Positions 52,632 through 64,000 of a stretch of 64,000 bases of DNA are shown here, in pieces (position 1 is the first letter of the stretch; each line of letters starts with the position of its first letter). Below the pieces are notes generated by a model that did no database searches, was not told the origin of the DNA, and was given only the letters and a program-made list of their open reading frames with translations. Made by a program: the position numbers and the translations under genes. The DNA comes from Mobula hypostoma (Eukaryota). Location: contig NC_086109.1 of assembly GCF_963921235.1 (NCBI RefSeq), forward strand, positions 35,528,001 to 35,592,000. Reading direction: 5' to 3'.

Positions 52632-53014
52632 GTAAGTGCTCAAAAACATTTACCCACCAGATATTCTTGGTGGAAAGTGGTTTGAAGTCATTTGTTGCAA
52701 CAGTCTTATGACAACTTAAACTTATCTGCTTTTGGACTGACACATTAAACCACATACTGTACATATCATAAGCATATGCAGATACATACATAAGTTTGAT
52801 GTAACTTTTGGGAAGCCCTTTTCCTGCTTGTTCCTTATTAGTGCATGAAATCATGGAACAGTTTTAGATATTTGCTAACAATACAATTTTGTATATATGG
52901 TCACAGTATGGTATGAAAATATCTTAATGTATTTCACACTGAACATGGCATATTTGAATGGAGGAGAATACAGATATATTTTTCAGCATATATAATATAT
53001 ACAGATTGGTATAT

Positions 53015-53214
53015 TCGGGAAGGAGATACAAAAGCCTGAAGGCACACACTCAGTGATTCAGGAACAGCTCCTTCTCCTCTGCCATCCGATTTTTAAATGG
53101 GCATTAAACCCATGAACACTATCTCACTACTTTTGTATTTCTGTTATTTTGCACTACATATTTTGACAGCTACTTAATGGATATATAGAGATATATATAG
53201 ATATATATGTCTGT

Positions 53215-53252
<38 letters not shown>

Positions 53253-53378
53253 AACACCCAATGTAATTCATTTTGTCTCTATATTTATTTATCATATACT
53301 TTATTATACTGCGGCTGTAAGGTTAGCAAATTTCATGGCATATGCTGGTGATATTAAGCCTGATTCTGATTATTCTGA
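53015..53378 (+). mobile_element. Rex/Babar LINE 3' end (same subfamily as 63565-64000)
   Basis: aagcctgaaggcacacactcagtgattcaggaacagc..., tail cctgattctgattattctga. Confidence 0.75.
53217..53249. repeat. (TG)n microsatellite
   Basis: About 16 perfect TG units inside the LINE 3' UTR. Confidence 0.95.
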
Positions 53379-54014
53379 ACATGGTATATTTTCATGTCAT
53401 ATATAGTATTGCATTCCCCTCTGGTTTTAAAATCCATGCCATTGAGATTAATGGAAAGAATTCTGTTTGAATAATACAATGTACCAATATTACTATCTAG
53501 TATCTGCAGGTTACTCTTGTGGGAAGAATATCTAGTTACAATAAAATTCTAACAATCCAACTATCAGAAAAGCTGATGGTTTGGTATTTGACTCACCAGG
53601 TGACATTAGCTGTGCTCCTATTTAGCTCTCTTGACCCCTTTCAAATCATCAGGGCCTCAATTCCAACATTCCATTTCAACTTCCCAAGCCCTGGTTACTG
53701 TACTCCTTTTAAGCAGACTACAGTCCAATTTCTTTCACTTCTCTCGAAGTCACCAGCCCTGCCAGTTGCCGTGTTTTATTTGAAGTGACAAAGGCCACAC
53801 TTCCTGCACTCCCTTTCAACACTCCCCAGCCTGAATGTATGAACATTACATTCTCAAGTTTCGGGTAATTGCTCTCCCTCTGTTGCTCCCCTTTCCCATT
53901 ACCCTTTCGTATCTGCTTCTGATCCAGCTGCTCCCATCAACCTATCTCTTTAACCCTCTCTCATGTTCCCCATCTGCGCATTGCTACAAGCTCCTCCTAA
54001 CGGAACTCCTACAA

Positions 54015-55992
54015 ACTCTCGCAAGACGATCCGGGTATTCCCTAACCGGAAACCTTGGATGAATTATGAGGTCAAGTCCCCTTTGAAGTCGAGAGCTGTG
54101 ACTTTTAGGTCCGGGGATACCAGTCGCTACATGGAATCCAGGCATGAACTCCGGAAAGCCATTAAGGGTGCCAAGAGGCAATATCAAGCCAAGTTGGAAG
54201 CCCAGGCGAACCATAGGGATGCCAGTAGACTATGGCAGGGTCTAAATGAGATCACTGGGCACAAAGAAAAGGCTAGAAATATCAATAACTGTGGCGCTTC
54301 TCTTCCTGATGAACGTAACGTATTCTACGCAAGATTTGAACAGAAGAGGAGCGTCCCGCTCCCTCCGGATGAACCGGACCTGGTGGCATCGAGATTCATT
54401 GTCACCCAGGAGGACATTAGAGGGCCTTCCCGAAGATAAATCCAAGGAAGGCAACAGGCCTAGATGGTGTCCCGGGATGGGTTCTCTGGGCCTGTGCAAG
54501 CGAGCTAGCTGGAGTGTTTGCTGACATCTTCAGCTGCTCCTTGCTTCAGTCTAAGATCCTCACATGTTTTATGATAATCCCAGTGCCGAAGAAGAGCAAG
54601 GTGGCATGCCTGAATGACTATCGACCTGTGGCTCTGACATCAATTGCTATGAAGTGCTCTGAGCGATTGGTTATGGCACACATCAACCACAGTTTACCGG
54701 TCAACCTCAACACTTTGCAATTTGCCTACCGGAGCAACAGGTCAACGGCAGATGCCATCTCTCTGGCCCTACATTCCTCCTTAGAACACCTGGAGAATAA
54801 AGATGCATACGTAAGACTCCCTTTCATTGACTACAGCTCTGCCTTTAGTACCATCACTCCAAATAAACTGACTCCTGAGCTCTGGAACCTGGGCCTTAGC
54901 ACTCAGATCTGCAGCTGGATCTTCAACTTCCTCACAGACAGGATCCAGGCTGTGAAAATAGGGGACAAGCTCTCCTCTGCAATCACTCTGAGCACCGGTG
55001 CCCACAAGGTTGAGTTCTCAGCCCCCTGCTGTACTCACTGTATACCCATGATTGTGTAGCCAAGTTTCCATTGAACTCAATATATAAGTTTGCTGATGAC
55101 ACCACAATCGTAGGCCGTATCTCGGGTAATGATGAGTTTGAGTACAGAGAGGAAGTTAAGAACCTGGTGGCATGGTGCGAAGACAATAACCTATCCCTCA
55201 ACATCAGCAAGACAAAGGAATTGGTTGTTGACTTCAGAAGGAGTAGCGGACCGCACGACCCCATTTACATCGGTGGTGCACAAGTGGAACAGGTCAAAAG
55301 CTTTAAGTTCCTCGGAGTCAATATCACAAATGACCTGACTTGGTCCAATCAAGCAGAGTCCACTGCCAAGAAGGCCCACAAGCGCCTTTATTTCCTCAGA
55401 AAGCTAAAGTAATTTGGCCTGTCCCCTAAAACCCTCGCTAATTTTTTATAGATGCACTATAGAAAGCATTCGTCTAGGGTGCATCACAACCTGGTATGGA
55501 AGTTGTCCTGTCCAAGACCAGAAGAAGCTGCAGAAGATCATGAACACAGCCCAGCGCATCACACAAGCCAATCGTCTGTCCTTGGACTCACTTTACACCG
55601 CACGCTGTCAGAGCAGTGTTGCCAGGATAATCAAGGACATGATCCACCTAGCCAACACACTTTTCGTCCCTCTTCACTCCAGGAGAAGGCTGAAGAGCTT
55701 AAAGATTTGTACGGCCAGATTTGGGAACAGCTTCTTTCCAACTGTGATAAACTGCTGAACGGATCCTGACCCGGATCTGGGCCGTACCCTCCAAATATCT
55801 GGACCTGCCTCTCAGTTTTTTTGCACTACCTTACTTTCCCTTTTCTATTGTCTATTTATGATTTATAATTTAAATTTTTAATATTTATTATTGATTTATA
55901 CTCCAGGGAGCACGAAGCACAGAATCAAATATCGCTGTGATGGTTGTACGCTCTAGTATCAATTGTTTGGCGACAATAAAGTATAAAGTATA
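54015..55992 (+). mobile_element. 5'-truncated, relatively young Rex/Babar LINE (RT domain) with frameshifts
   Basis: RVFPNRKPWM, IIPVPKK..CLNDYRPVALTSIAMK, QFAYRSNRSTADA, FIDYSSAF, KFADDTTIVG, NLSLNISKTKELVVDFRR, FKFLGV; tail aataaagtataaagtata; CpGs retained. Confidence 0.92.
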
Positions 55993-56195
55993 ATGCTTCT
56001 ACTCCCCAACTACCTTTCTTTAGCCATTTTCCACCTCCCTCTCTTATCAGAATACCATAATTTGCACTTTCTCACTTCCGACTGTTACCTCCCTGCCTCT
56101 GACATCATTCCTAATCTCCCCCTCCCTCATCTGCCTGTCACTCCCTCTCCTGGATCTACATTTCAGACCTTGCTCCACCCTTAACGCCACATTCT

Positions 56196-59070
56196 TAGAA
56201 ACATAGAAACATAGAAAACATACAGCACAATACAGGCCCTTCAGCCCACAAAGCGGTGCCGAACATGTACCTTAGAAATTACCTAGGGTTACCCATAGCC
56301 CTCTATTTTACTGAGCTCCACGTACCAATCCAGGAGTCACTTAAAAGACCCTATCGTTTCCGCCTCCACCACTGCAGCCAGCAGCCCATTCCACGCACTC
56401 ACCACTCTCTGCCTAAAAGACTTACCCCTGACATCTCCTCTGTACCTACTTCTAAGCACCTTAAAACTGTGCCCCCTCGTGCTAGCCATTTCAGACCCGG
56501 GAAAAAGCTTCTGACTATCCACACGATCATCATCTTATATACTTCTATCAGGTCACCTCTCATCCTCCGTCACTCCGAGGAGAAAAGGCTAAGTTCACTC
56601 AACTTATTCTCATAAGGCATGCTCCCCAATCCAGGCAACATCCTTGTAGATCTCCTTTGCACCCTTTCAATGCTTTCCACATCCTTCCTGTAGTGAGGTG
56701 ACCAGAATTGACCAGAGTACTCCAAGTGGGGTCTGACCAGGGTCCTATATAGCTGTAACATTAGCTCTCGGCTCTTAAACTCAACCCCATGAGTGATGAA
56801 GGCCAATGCACTGTATGCCTTCTTAACTACAGAGTCAACCTGCGCAGCAGCTTTGAGTGTCCTATGGACTCAAGCCCCAAGATCCCTCTGATCCTCCACA
56901 CTGTCAAGAGTCTTACCATTAATACTATATTCTGCCATCATATTTGAACTACCAAAATGAACCACCTCAGACTTATCTCGGTTGAACTCCATCTGCCACT
57001 TTTCAGCTCAGTTTTGCAACCTATCAAAGTCCTGCTGTAACCTCTGACAACCCTCCTCACTACCCACAACAACCCTAACCTTTGTGTTATCAGCAAATTT
57101 ACTAACCCATCCCTTCACTTCTTCATCCTGGTCATTTATAAAAATCACGAAGAGTAGGGGTCTCAGAACAGATCCCTGAGGCACACCACTGGTCACCAGC
57201 CTCCAGGCAGAATATGACCCATCTACAATCACTCATTGCCTTCTGGGGAAAGCCAGTTTTAGATGCACAAAGCAATGTTCCCTTGGATCGTATGCCTCCT
57301 TACTTCCTCAATAAGCGTTGCATGGAGTACCTTATCAAATCCTTTGCTAAAATCCATATACACTACATCTACTGCTCTACCTTCATCAATGTGTTTAGTC
57401 ACATCCTCAAAAAATTCAGTCAGCCTCCTAAGGCACGACCTACCTTTGACAGAGTATGTATGCTGACTGTTCCTAATCATATTATGCCTCTTCAAATGTT
57501 CATAAATCTTGCATCTCAGGATCCTCTGAATCAACTTACCAACCACTGAAGTAAGACTCACTAGTCTATAATTTCCTGGGCTATCTCTACTCCCTTTCTT
57601 GAATAAGGGAACAACATCCGCAACCCTCCAATCCTCTGGAACCTCTCCTGTCCCCATTGATGATGCAAAGATCATCGCCACAGGCTCAGTAATCTCCTCC
57701 TTCGCCTCCTACGGTAGACTGGAGTGCATCTCGTTCGGTCCCGATTACTTATCCAACTTGATGTTTTCCAAAAGCTACAGCACATCTCTTCCTTAATATC
57801 TACATGCTCAAGCTTTTCAGTCCACTGTAAGTCATCCCTGCAATCGCAAGGGCCTTTTGCGTAGTGATACTGAAACGAAGTATTGATTAAGTACCTCTGC
57901 TATATCTTCTGGTTCTTTTGCACTGTCACATTTGATTGGTCCTATTCTCTCATGTCTTATCCTCTTGCTCTTCACATACTTGTAGAAAGCCTTGGGGTTT
58001 TCCTTAATCCTGTCTGCCAAAGCCTTCTCATGGCCCCTCCTGGCTCTCCTAATTTCATTCTTAAGCTCCTTCCTGCTAGCCTTATAATCTTCTAGATCTC
58101 TATCATTACCGAAATTTTTGAACCTTTCATAAGCTCTTCTTTTCTTCTTGGCTAGATTTACAACAGCCTTTATACAACACGGTTCCGGTACCTTACCATC
58201 GTTTCCTTGTCTCTTTGGAAAGTACCTGTGCAGAACTCCACGCAAATATGCCCTGAACATTTGCCACATTTCTTCCGTCCATTTCCCTGAGGACATCTGT
58301 TTCCAATTTATTCTTCCAAGTTCCTGCCTGATAACCTCCTATTTCCCCTTACTCCAATTAAAAGCTTTTCTAACTTGTCCGTTCCTACCTCTCTCCAATG
58401 CTATTGTAAAGGAGATAGAATTATGATCACTATCTCCAAAACACTCTCCCACTGAGAGATCTGACACCTGACCAGGTTCATTTCCCAATACCAGATAAAG
58501 TACAGCCTCTCTTCTTGTAGGCTTATCTACATACTGTGTCAAGAAACCTTCCTGAACACACCTAACAAACTCCACCCCACCTAAACCCCTCACTCTAGGG
58601 AGATGCCCATCGATGTTTGGGAAATTAAAATCTCCCACCACAACAACCCTGTTATTTATACTCCTTTCCAGAATCTGCCACCCTATCTGCTCCTCAATGT
58701 CCCTGTTACTATTGGGTGGTCTATGAAAAACACACTGTAGAATTATTGACACCTTCCTGTTTCTAACTTACACCCACAGAGACTCCGTAGACAACCCCTC
58801 CATGACTTCCTCCTTTTCTGCAGCTGTGACAATATCTCTGATCAACAGTGCCATGCCCCCACCATCTTTGCCTCCCTCCCTGTCCTTTATGAAACATCTA
58901 AAGCCTGGCACTCAAAATAACCATTCCTGCCCCTGAGCCATCCAAGTCTCTGTAATAGCCACAATATCATAGCTCCAAGTACTGATCCATGCTCTAAGCT
59001 CATCCGCTTTGTTCATAATACTCCTTGCATTAAAATAGACATATCTCAAACCATCATTCTGAGCACGATG
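56196..59070 (-). mobile_element. CR1 (HER1-like) LINE covering nearly the whole ORF2, decayed
   Basis: YFNARSIMNKADEL..YDIVAITETW (APE start), [56 protein letters not shown]; (TTTCTATG)n tail; same subfamily as 22101-23246. Confidence 0.93.
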
Positions 59071-59807
59071 GCTATCTCCCCTCTTTATTTCAATCCAGAT
59101 GAATGGTCTCAACCTAAAACATCAACTGTCCTTTCTGCCTCCATAGATGCTGCTTGACCCATTGAATTCCTCTAGTGCATTGTGTGCTGTTCCAGACTGC
59201 ATCCGCAGTCTTTTGTGTCTTTATTGAAACAGCTTGCATTCATTGTAAAATTTATTATATTATTGAGAAAATGTTATAACAAAAGATAAGTTAGATGTGT
59301 GGTTGGGCTACAAATAGGAATTACATTCAATTGGAAAATCTGTTAGTCCAGCACTAACAAAGTCCCAATTATGCAGGATTATTGTTTTCCATTGCTCATG
59401 TACTACACTGCAAAGATTTCACATTATGAACTTAATTGGGTTGAGTGATTGTAATTCATAACCGAGATCCTGTGTAAGTGATTTGATGCAATACTATCCA
59501 AAAGCAAGCAATGAATAAACGCTGTGGCTAAGATACAATGCAAGGTGCAAAATGCAGCTCAGTGGCATTTTCCCAGTGATAGGGGCTGAATAAACTGAAA
59601 GTCATTCTGTATATTCTGATTTAGCTTTATTTTGCAAAGATAATTTTGGTACTGTGATAGGTTTTGAATAATAATTTTTTAACTGAATTTCCACAATTGT
59701 TTTATTACTATAACTGCACCAATGTACGTTCCCATGGTTGAGTGACAACGTAGAAGAATATTACCTCCTAGATTTTGTTTTTAGCTTGTGATAGTTGAAC
59801 GAAAACT

Positions 59808-61650
59808 AAGTTCAAAGTAAATTTATTATTGAAGTACATATACAGTATGTCACAATACACAACCCTGAGGTTCATTTTGTTGTGGGCAATCACAGCAAAT
59901 ACAAGAAACACAATAGAATCAATGGAATGCCAGCTCAGTAAGATGGACAGCAACCAATGTGAAAAAAAAAACAACTGCAAATACAAAAAGAAAGAGAAAA
60001 AAATAGTCAATAAATATTGTGAACATGAAATGAAGAGACCTTGAAAGTGAGTTGTTGTAGGAACAGTTCAGTGATGGGGCGAATGAAGTTTAGTAAAATT
60101 ATCCCTTCTGGTTCAAGAGCCTGATGGCTGAGAGGTAATAACTGATCTTGAACCTGGTGATACAGTTCTTGAGGCTCCTGTGCCTATTCCTAATGACAGC
60201 AGTGAGAAGATGGCATGTTGTGGATGGCAGGAGTCCTTGATGATGGATGCTGCTTTCCTGCAACAGTGCTCAGTGTAGATGTGCTGAATGGTAGGGAGGG
60301 CTTTACCCATGATTGACTGGGTCGTATCTATTACTTTTTTGCAGGCTTTACCATACAAGGGCATTGGTGTATCTGTATAAGGCTGTGAAGCAACTGGTCA
60401 ATATTGTTACGTACCCCGTAACTGGGTTGCCAAACCAGCAGAAATGGATCACTCAGTTGGAGTCTGGAGTACTAGAACTAAGAAAGTTTTATTAAAGAAA
60501 CAAGCAACACAGTAATCGAAAGGATAATAAATGCAACAGTTCAGCGATGATAAACACACATGTGCACAGAATTTAGATAACAGCATCAATCAAGCTCTAT
60601 CGTTGTCTAGGGGTAAATGACCAAATTTCAAAGTGACTCAAAGTTCAGTCCAGTTTAGTAGTTCAGTTCGCAGTAATCGTTGCCATGGCGATGGACAACG
60701 TGGGGGGAGGGAGAGAGAACAGGAACAACTGATCATTCAGACACGGCTTCACTCACAGACCGGCGAGATGGCTCACAAACAGCTTTTGGGCGGGTCCTTG
60801 GTGATGTCACCTGAGGTCACCGACTGTGACCCCTCCTCCAGATGCGGTCGATCCTCTGCAGTGAACCCGGCACCCAGGCAAGGGCGGACACACACCGGGT
60901 TCCCGCTGATCGTACCTGTCCACCCTGCCGTTGTCTGGTACTTCCCACCGACTCGTGAGAAGCGTTCCGCTTCCAGGGTCTCGTTACCTCGGGTGGCGTG
61001 TGTGTCCTGCCTTAGCGAACCGGTCCCTTTTTATCCCCCTGCTGGGGCATTGCCTGTCCACCACTTCAAACAGTTCAGGGTTCAAAGGGGGGAGCCGCTC
61101 CAGACAGCTCTCTCCCTCGTCCCTTCATTACACATCTCCAGACGCTGCTCCATTTTTCCTTATCTCTCCTTCCCCTGAGGGCAGGTGGCAGACCACTTGC
61201 TGATGTCACTGATGCTAACCTAGGCCAGCAAACATCTTAATTTTATGTGTATTCTCGTCACAATATACACTTCACCCTACATCTATAGAAGTTTTTCAAA
61301 GTTTTAGATGACATGCCTAATCTTTGCAAACTTCTAAGAAAGTAGAGATATTGTCATGCTTTCTTCATAATGGCACTTACATGCTGGACTGTGGATAGAT
61401 CCTCCAAAACGATAATACCGAGGAATTTAAAGTTGCTGACCCTCTCAACCTCCGATCCCCCAATGAGGACTGTCTCATGGACCTCTGGTTTCCTCCTCCT
61501 GAAGTCAATAATCATCTCTTTGGTCTTGCTGACATTAAGTAAAAGGTTGTTGTTGTGGTACCATTCAGCCAGATTTTCAGTTTCTCTCCTGTATGCTGAC
61601 TCGTCACCACCTTCGGTTTGGCCAACGACAGTGGTGTCATTGGTAAACTT
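59808..61650 (-). mobile_element. Rex/Babar LINE split by a solo LTR
   Basis: KFTNDTTVVG..DESAYRRE.ENLAEW.HNNNLLLNVSKTKEMIIDFRRR (61370-61640), and the C-terminus/3' tail at 59808-60404. Confidence 0.85.
60405..61262 (-). mobile_element. Solo LTR (858 bp) with 4-bp TSD
   Basis: ATAT|TGTTACG...CGTCACA|ATAT; minus-strand AATAAA near 60490; CpG-rich; no coding. Confidence 0.88.
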
Positions 61651-63564
61651 CAACATGGTTAAACTTAAATGAGTTTGAAAAGATAAAGTATATCCCTGTT
61701 CATACATCTGATTTATGTATGTTTGTTGGTGGGGAAGTATGAAAAAAGTGATAAAGTTAACAACTTTTAATGTCATGAACAAAAGAGAGCCATACAAACA
61801 GATTAAGCAACAGTGTGCTAAGCATAGATATCTTGTTAATGTACTGAGGAAGACAACACGGTAAAATCCAAATGTCAATCTGATGGCCAGTTGACATATC
61901 AGGTGTTCCAGTGCTATCATGAGCAGACCAAACTGTATGTAAAGTGCACTGCAGACTAATTTAGAACCAGAGAAAAGAGAGCTGAATCAACATTTTTGGA
62001 ACAAAGGCAATTTGTTCCCAAGACAGCTGAAGAGAATAGAAGTTTGAAAAATAATTGTGTCCTGAACAGTCAAGTCAAGAAACACATCTCAGTATAAAGG
62101 AAAAGATATTTTTATAAAAATGAGCAGGAAGAGCTGGATGACAGATAATTGCATTACAATCACCAAAGAGGTTCTAAGCACTAGTGAGAAAAAGTGGAGC
62201 TGATTTGCAACAGTGTGAAAGAGACCCTTTACATCTTGTGCTTAAAACAGGATTGGGGAATGTTCTTATGCATGCTCCAATTGCTTGCTTGTCAGTTTAT
62301 CTGCTGGCTTTTAATAAGACAGTTTCTTAGTCAACATTGTGCCTATTTAACTGCCTCAGAAAACCAATCTTCCCTTGCTTAATATAAACCAATGAGGACA
62401 GCATTTAATTTCTGACTGCTTTGTTCTTGTTCCCTTTTCCACACTAAACCAGATTCTAGGAGCTCCCATCAGCTAATTTCAATTAGCACGTGTGAGTGGG
62501 ATAGACTGGAGCAGTTGAAAATGCATTTGGTATCTAATCATTTCTTTATTGTAAAACTTGACAACCATTGCAATGTATTTAATAGACTGCTGAACTTCTG
62601 TTACACTAAGTTTGAATGTATTATTTTAAAGTTGAATTTCAATATATCTAGAATTATTATGAAGTTTGTTTATATAATTATTTTTATTGTCAGTAAACAG
62701 TAACCTTCCTATTTAGAATAATTTTCACTAATACAAAAAGTTTGACTGCATTTGTCCCATTCATTCAGCCTGTAGATTAAATAACCAAGAATGGAATATC
62801 TACTCCCAGTTATTCATATGGTTTCAAAAATCTTGTCATAAATACACAGAAGTTAAATTAATATCATTGGCATTGAAATTTCTTTCAGATTACAATTGCT
62901 TAGAAACTAAATTGTATGACTCAATATTTTAGTTTTGTGATCCTGAAAATCAAATTTTCATGTGGACTGAAAAGTAGCAGTAAGCTACTTTTGGGCTACT
63001 TTGCATGGCTTTAAAAATCCACTGAGGATTTGCTGGTATGTCCATGACCATTTTGATGTATTTGCAAACCTCAATAGAGCACAAGGCCCAAGGCCATACA
63101 TTGATAGCCCAGAGAATGGGCTAAAGCCCAAAGAATGTTCTGGAATGTTAAAGGATGAAGTGCGGACATGAGAAACGGCAAACTCATTGCCTTGTAGTGT
63201 GGAGAGGAAATTAAGTAATTCAATAGAGTCCTCAGGTCATCAAAGTCTGAATTTGGGGATGAAATTGGTGAGTGAAGGTGGGGAAGAGAAGGACTGAAGT
63301 TAAAGAATAATCCTGCCAGAGTGGTGTCAGTGAAGAGAAATGTTTTTAAAACATGTTTGTTGCCAGAGCTGTTCATAAAAATCTACTTGACAACTCTTCA
63401 AAAGAACATTCCACTGAAATTTTATGCACCTGTGACAGGAATTTTGGTTAGGCTAATTTCCATGACAGAAGATGAGGTGATGGCAGTTTTATTGCACATA
63501 TAAGCAGATGAGACAGTGACTATACTTCATTAGGAGTTTGAAGAGATTTGGTATGTCAACTAAT

Positions 63565-64000
63565 ACAATGTGGAGAGCATTCTGACAGGCTGCATCATTG
63601 TCTGGTATTGGGGGGGGGGGGTTAGAGGTGTACTGCACAAGACGGAAAGAAGCTGCAGAAGGTTGTAAATTTAGTCCGCTCCATCTTGGGTACTAGCCTG
63701 CAATGTACCCAGGATATCTCCAGGGAGCGGTGTCCCAGAAAGGCAGCATCCATTCTTAAGGATCTCCAGCACCCAGAGCATGCCCTTTTCCCACTGTTAC
63801 CATCAGGTAGGAGGTACAGAAGCCTGAAGGCACACACTCAGAGATTCAGGAACAGCTTCTTCCCCTCTGCCATCCAATTCCTAAAAGGACATTGAACCCA
63901 TGAACACTACCTCACTTTTAAAATATATATTATTTCTGTTTTTGCACAATTTTATATCTATTCAATATACATATACTGTAATTGATTGATTTATTTATTT
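63565..64000 (+). mobile_element. Rex/Babar LINE 3' fragment
   Basis: VESILTGCIIVWY..KKLQKVV..KAASILKDLQHPEHALFPLLPSGRRYRSLKAHTQRFRNSFFPSAI. Confidence 0.85.

Larger units (their letters stand above)
53720..59215 (+). mobile_element. Old Penelope-like 3' fragment split into three pieces (53720-53990, 55995-56195, 59070-59215)
   Basis: cagcctgaatgtatgaacatt..attctcaagtttcgggtaa (end of PLE ORF), CT-rich tract, then the degenerate hammerhead/terminal repeat at 59091. Confidence 0.6.

Noticed and set aside
52412..52711. 99-aa ORF as a standalone gene
   Set aside because: Only 52431-52631 is mGluR-like, and it is bounded by canonical splice sites; the rest is intron.
60633..61178. 181-aa ORF
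   Set aside because: It lies within the GC-rich solo LTR and has no protein motifs.

Overview
Eukaryotic, AT-rich vertebrate genomic DNA. It is very probably from an elasmobranch (ray or shark), inferred from HE1-like V-SINEs and CR1/HER1-type LINEs. The only host coding sequence I can support is one 201-nt internal exon (52431-52631, + strand, AG/GT, phase 1-1) of a group III metabotropic glutamate receptor gene (GRM8/GRM4-like Venus-flytrap segment GLERIG...EQEGKV.FVIDAVY...VNFS). The rest of the window is therefore most likely giant intron. That intron is packed with decayed, often nested transposons: a 5'-truncated Hero-clade RLE retrotransposon, a full-length Passport-like Tc1 with TA target duplication, Penelope-like elements with degenerate hammerhead-ribozyme ends, three Gypsy relics, solo LTRs, CR1, Rex/Babar and Tx1 LINEs, V-SINEs, a probable DeuSINE fragment and small MITEs. 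The most interesting observations are a compact, apparently pseudoknotted 3' UTR structure in the Hero element, a hammerhead ribozyme consensus recoverable from five decayed Penelope-derived copies, V-SINEs sharing a core but carrying different 3' tails, and the mosaic GRM8/GRM4 exon with a KVQF to KVLF change. I see no prokaryotic system, CRISPR array or intact autonomous element. Family assignments are by recalled motif similarity, not database search, and most TE boundaries are approximate.
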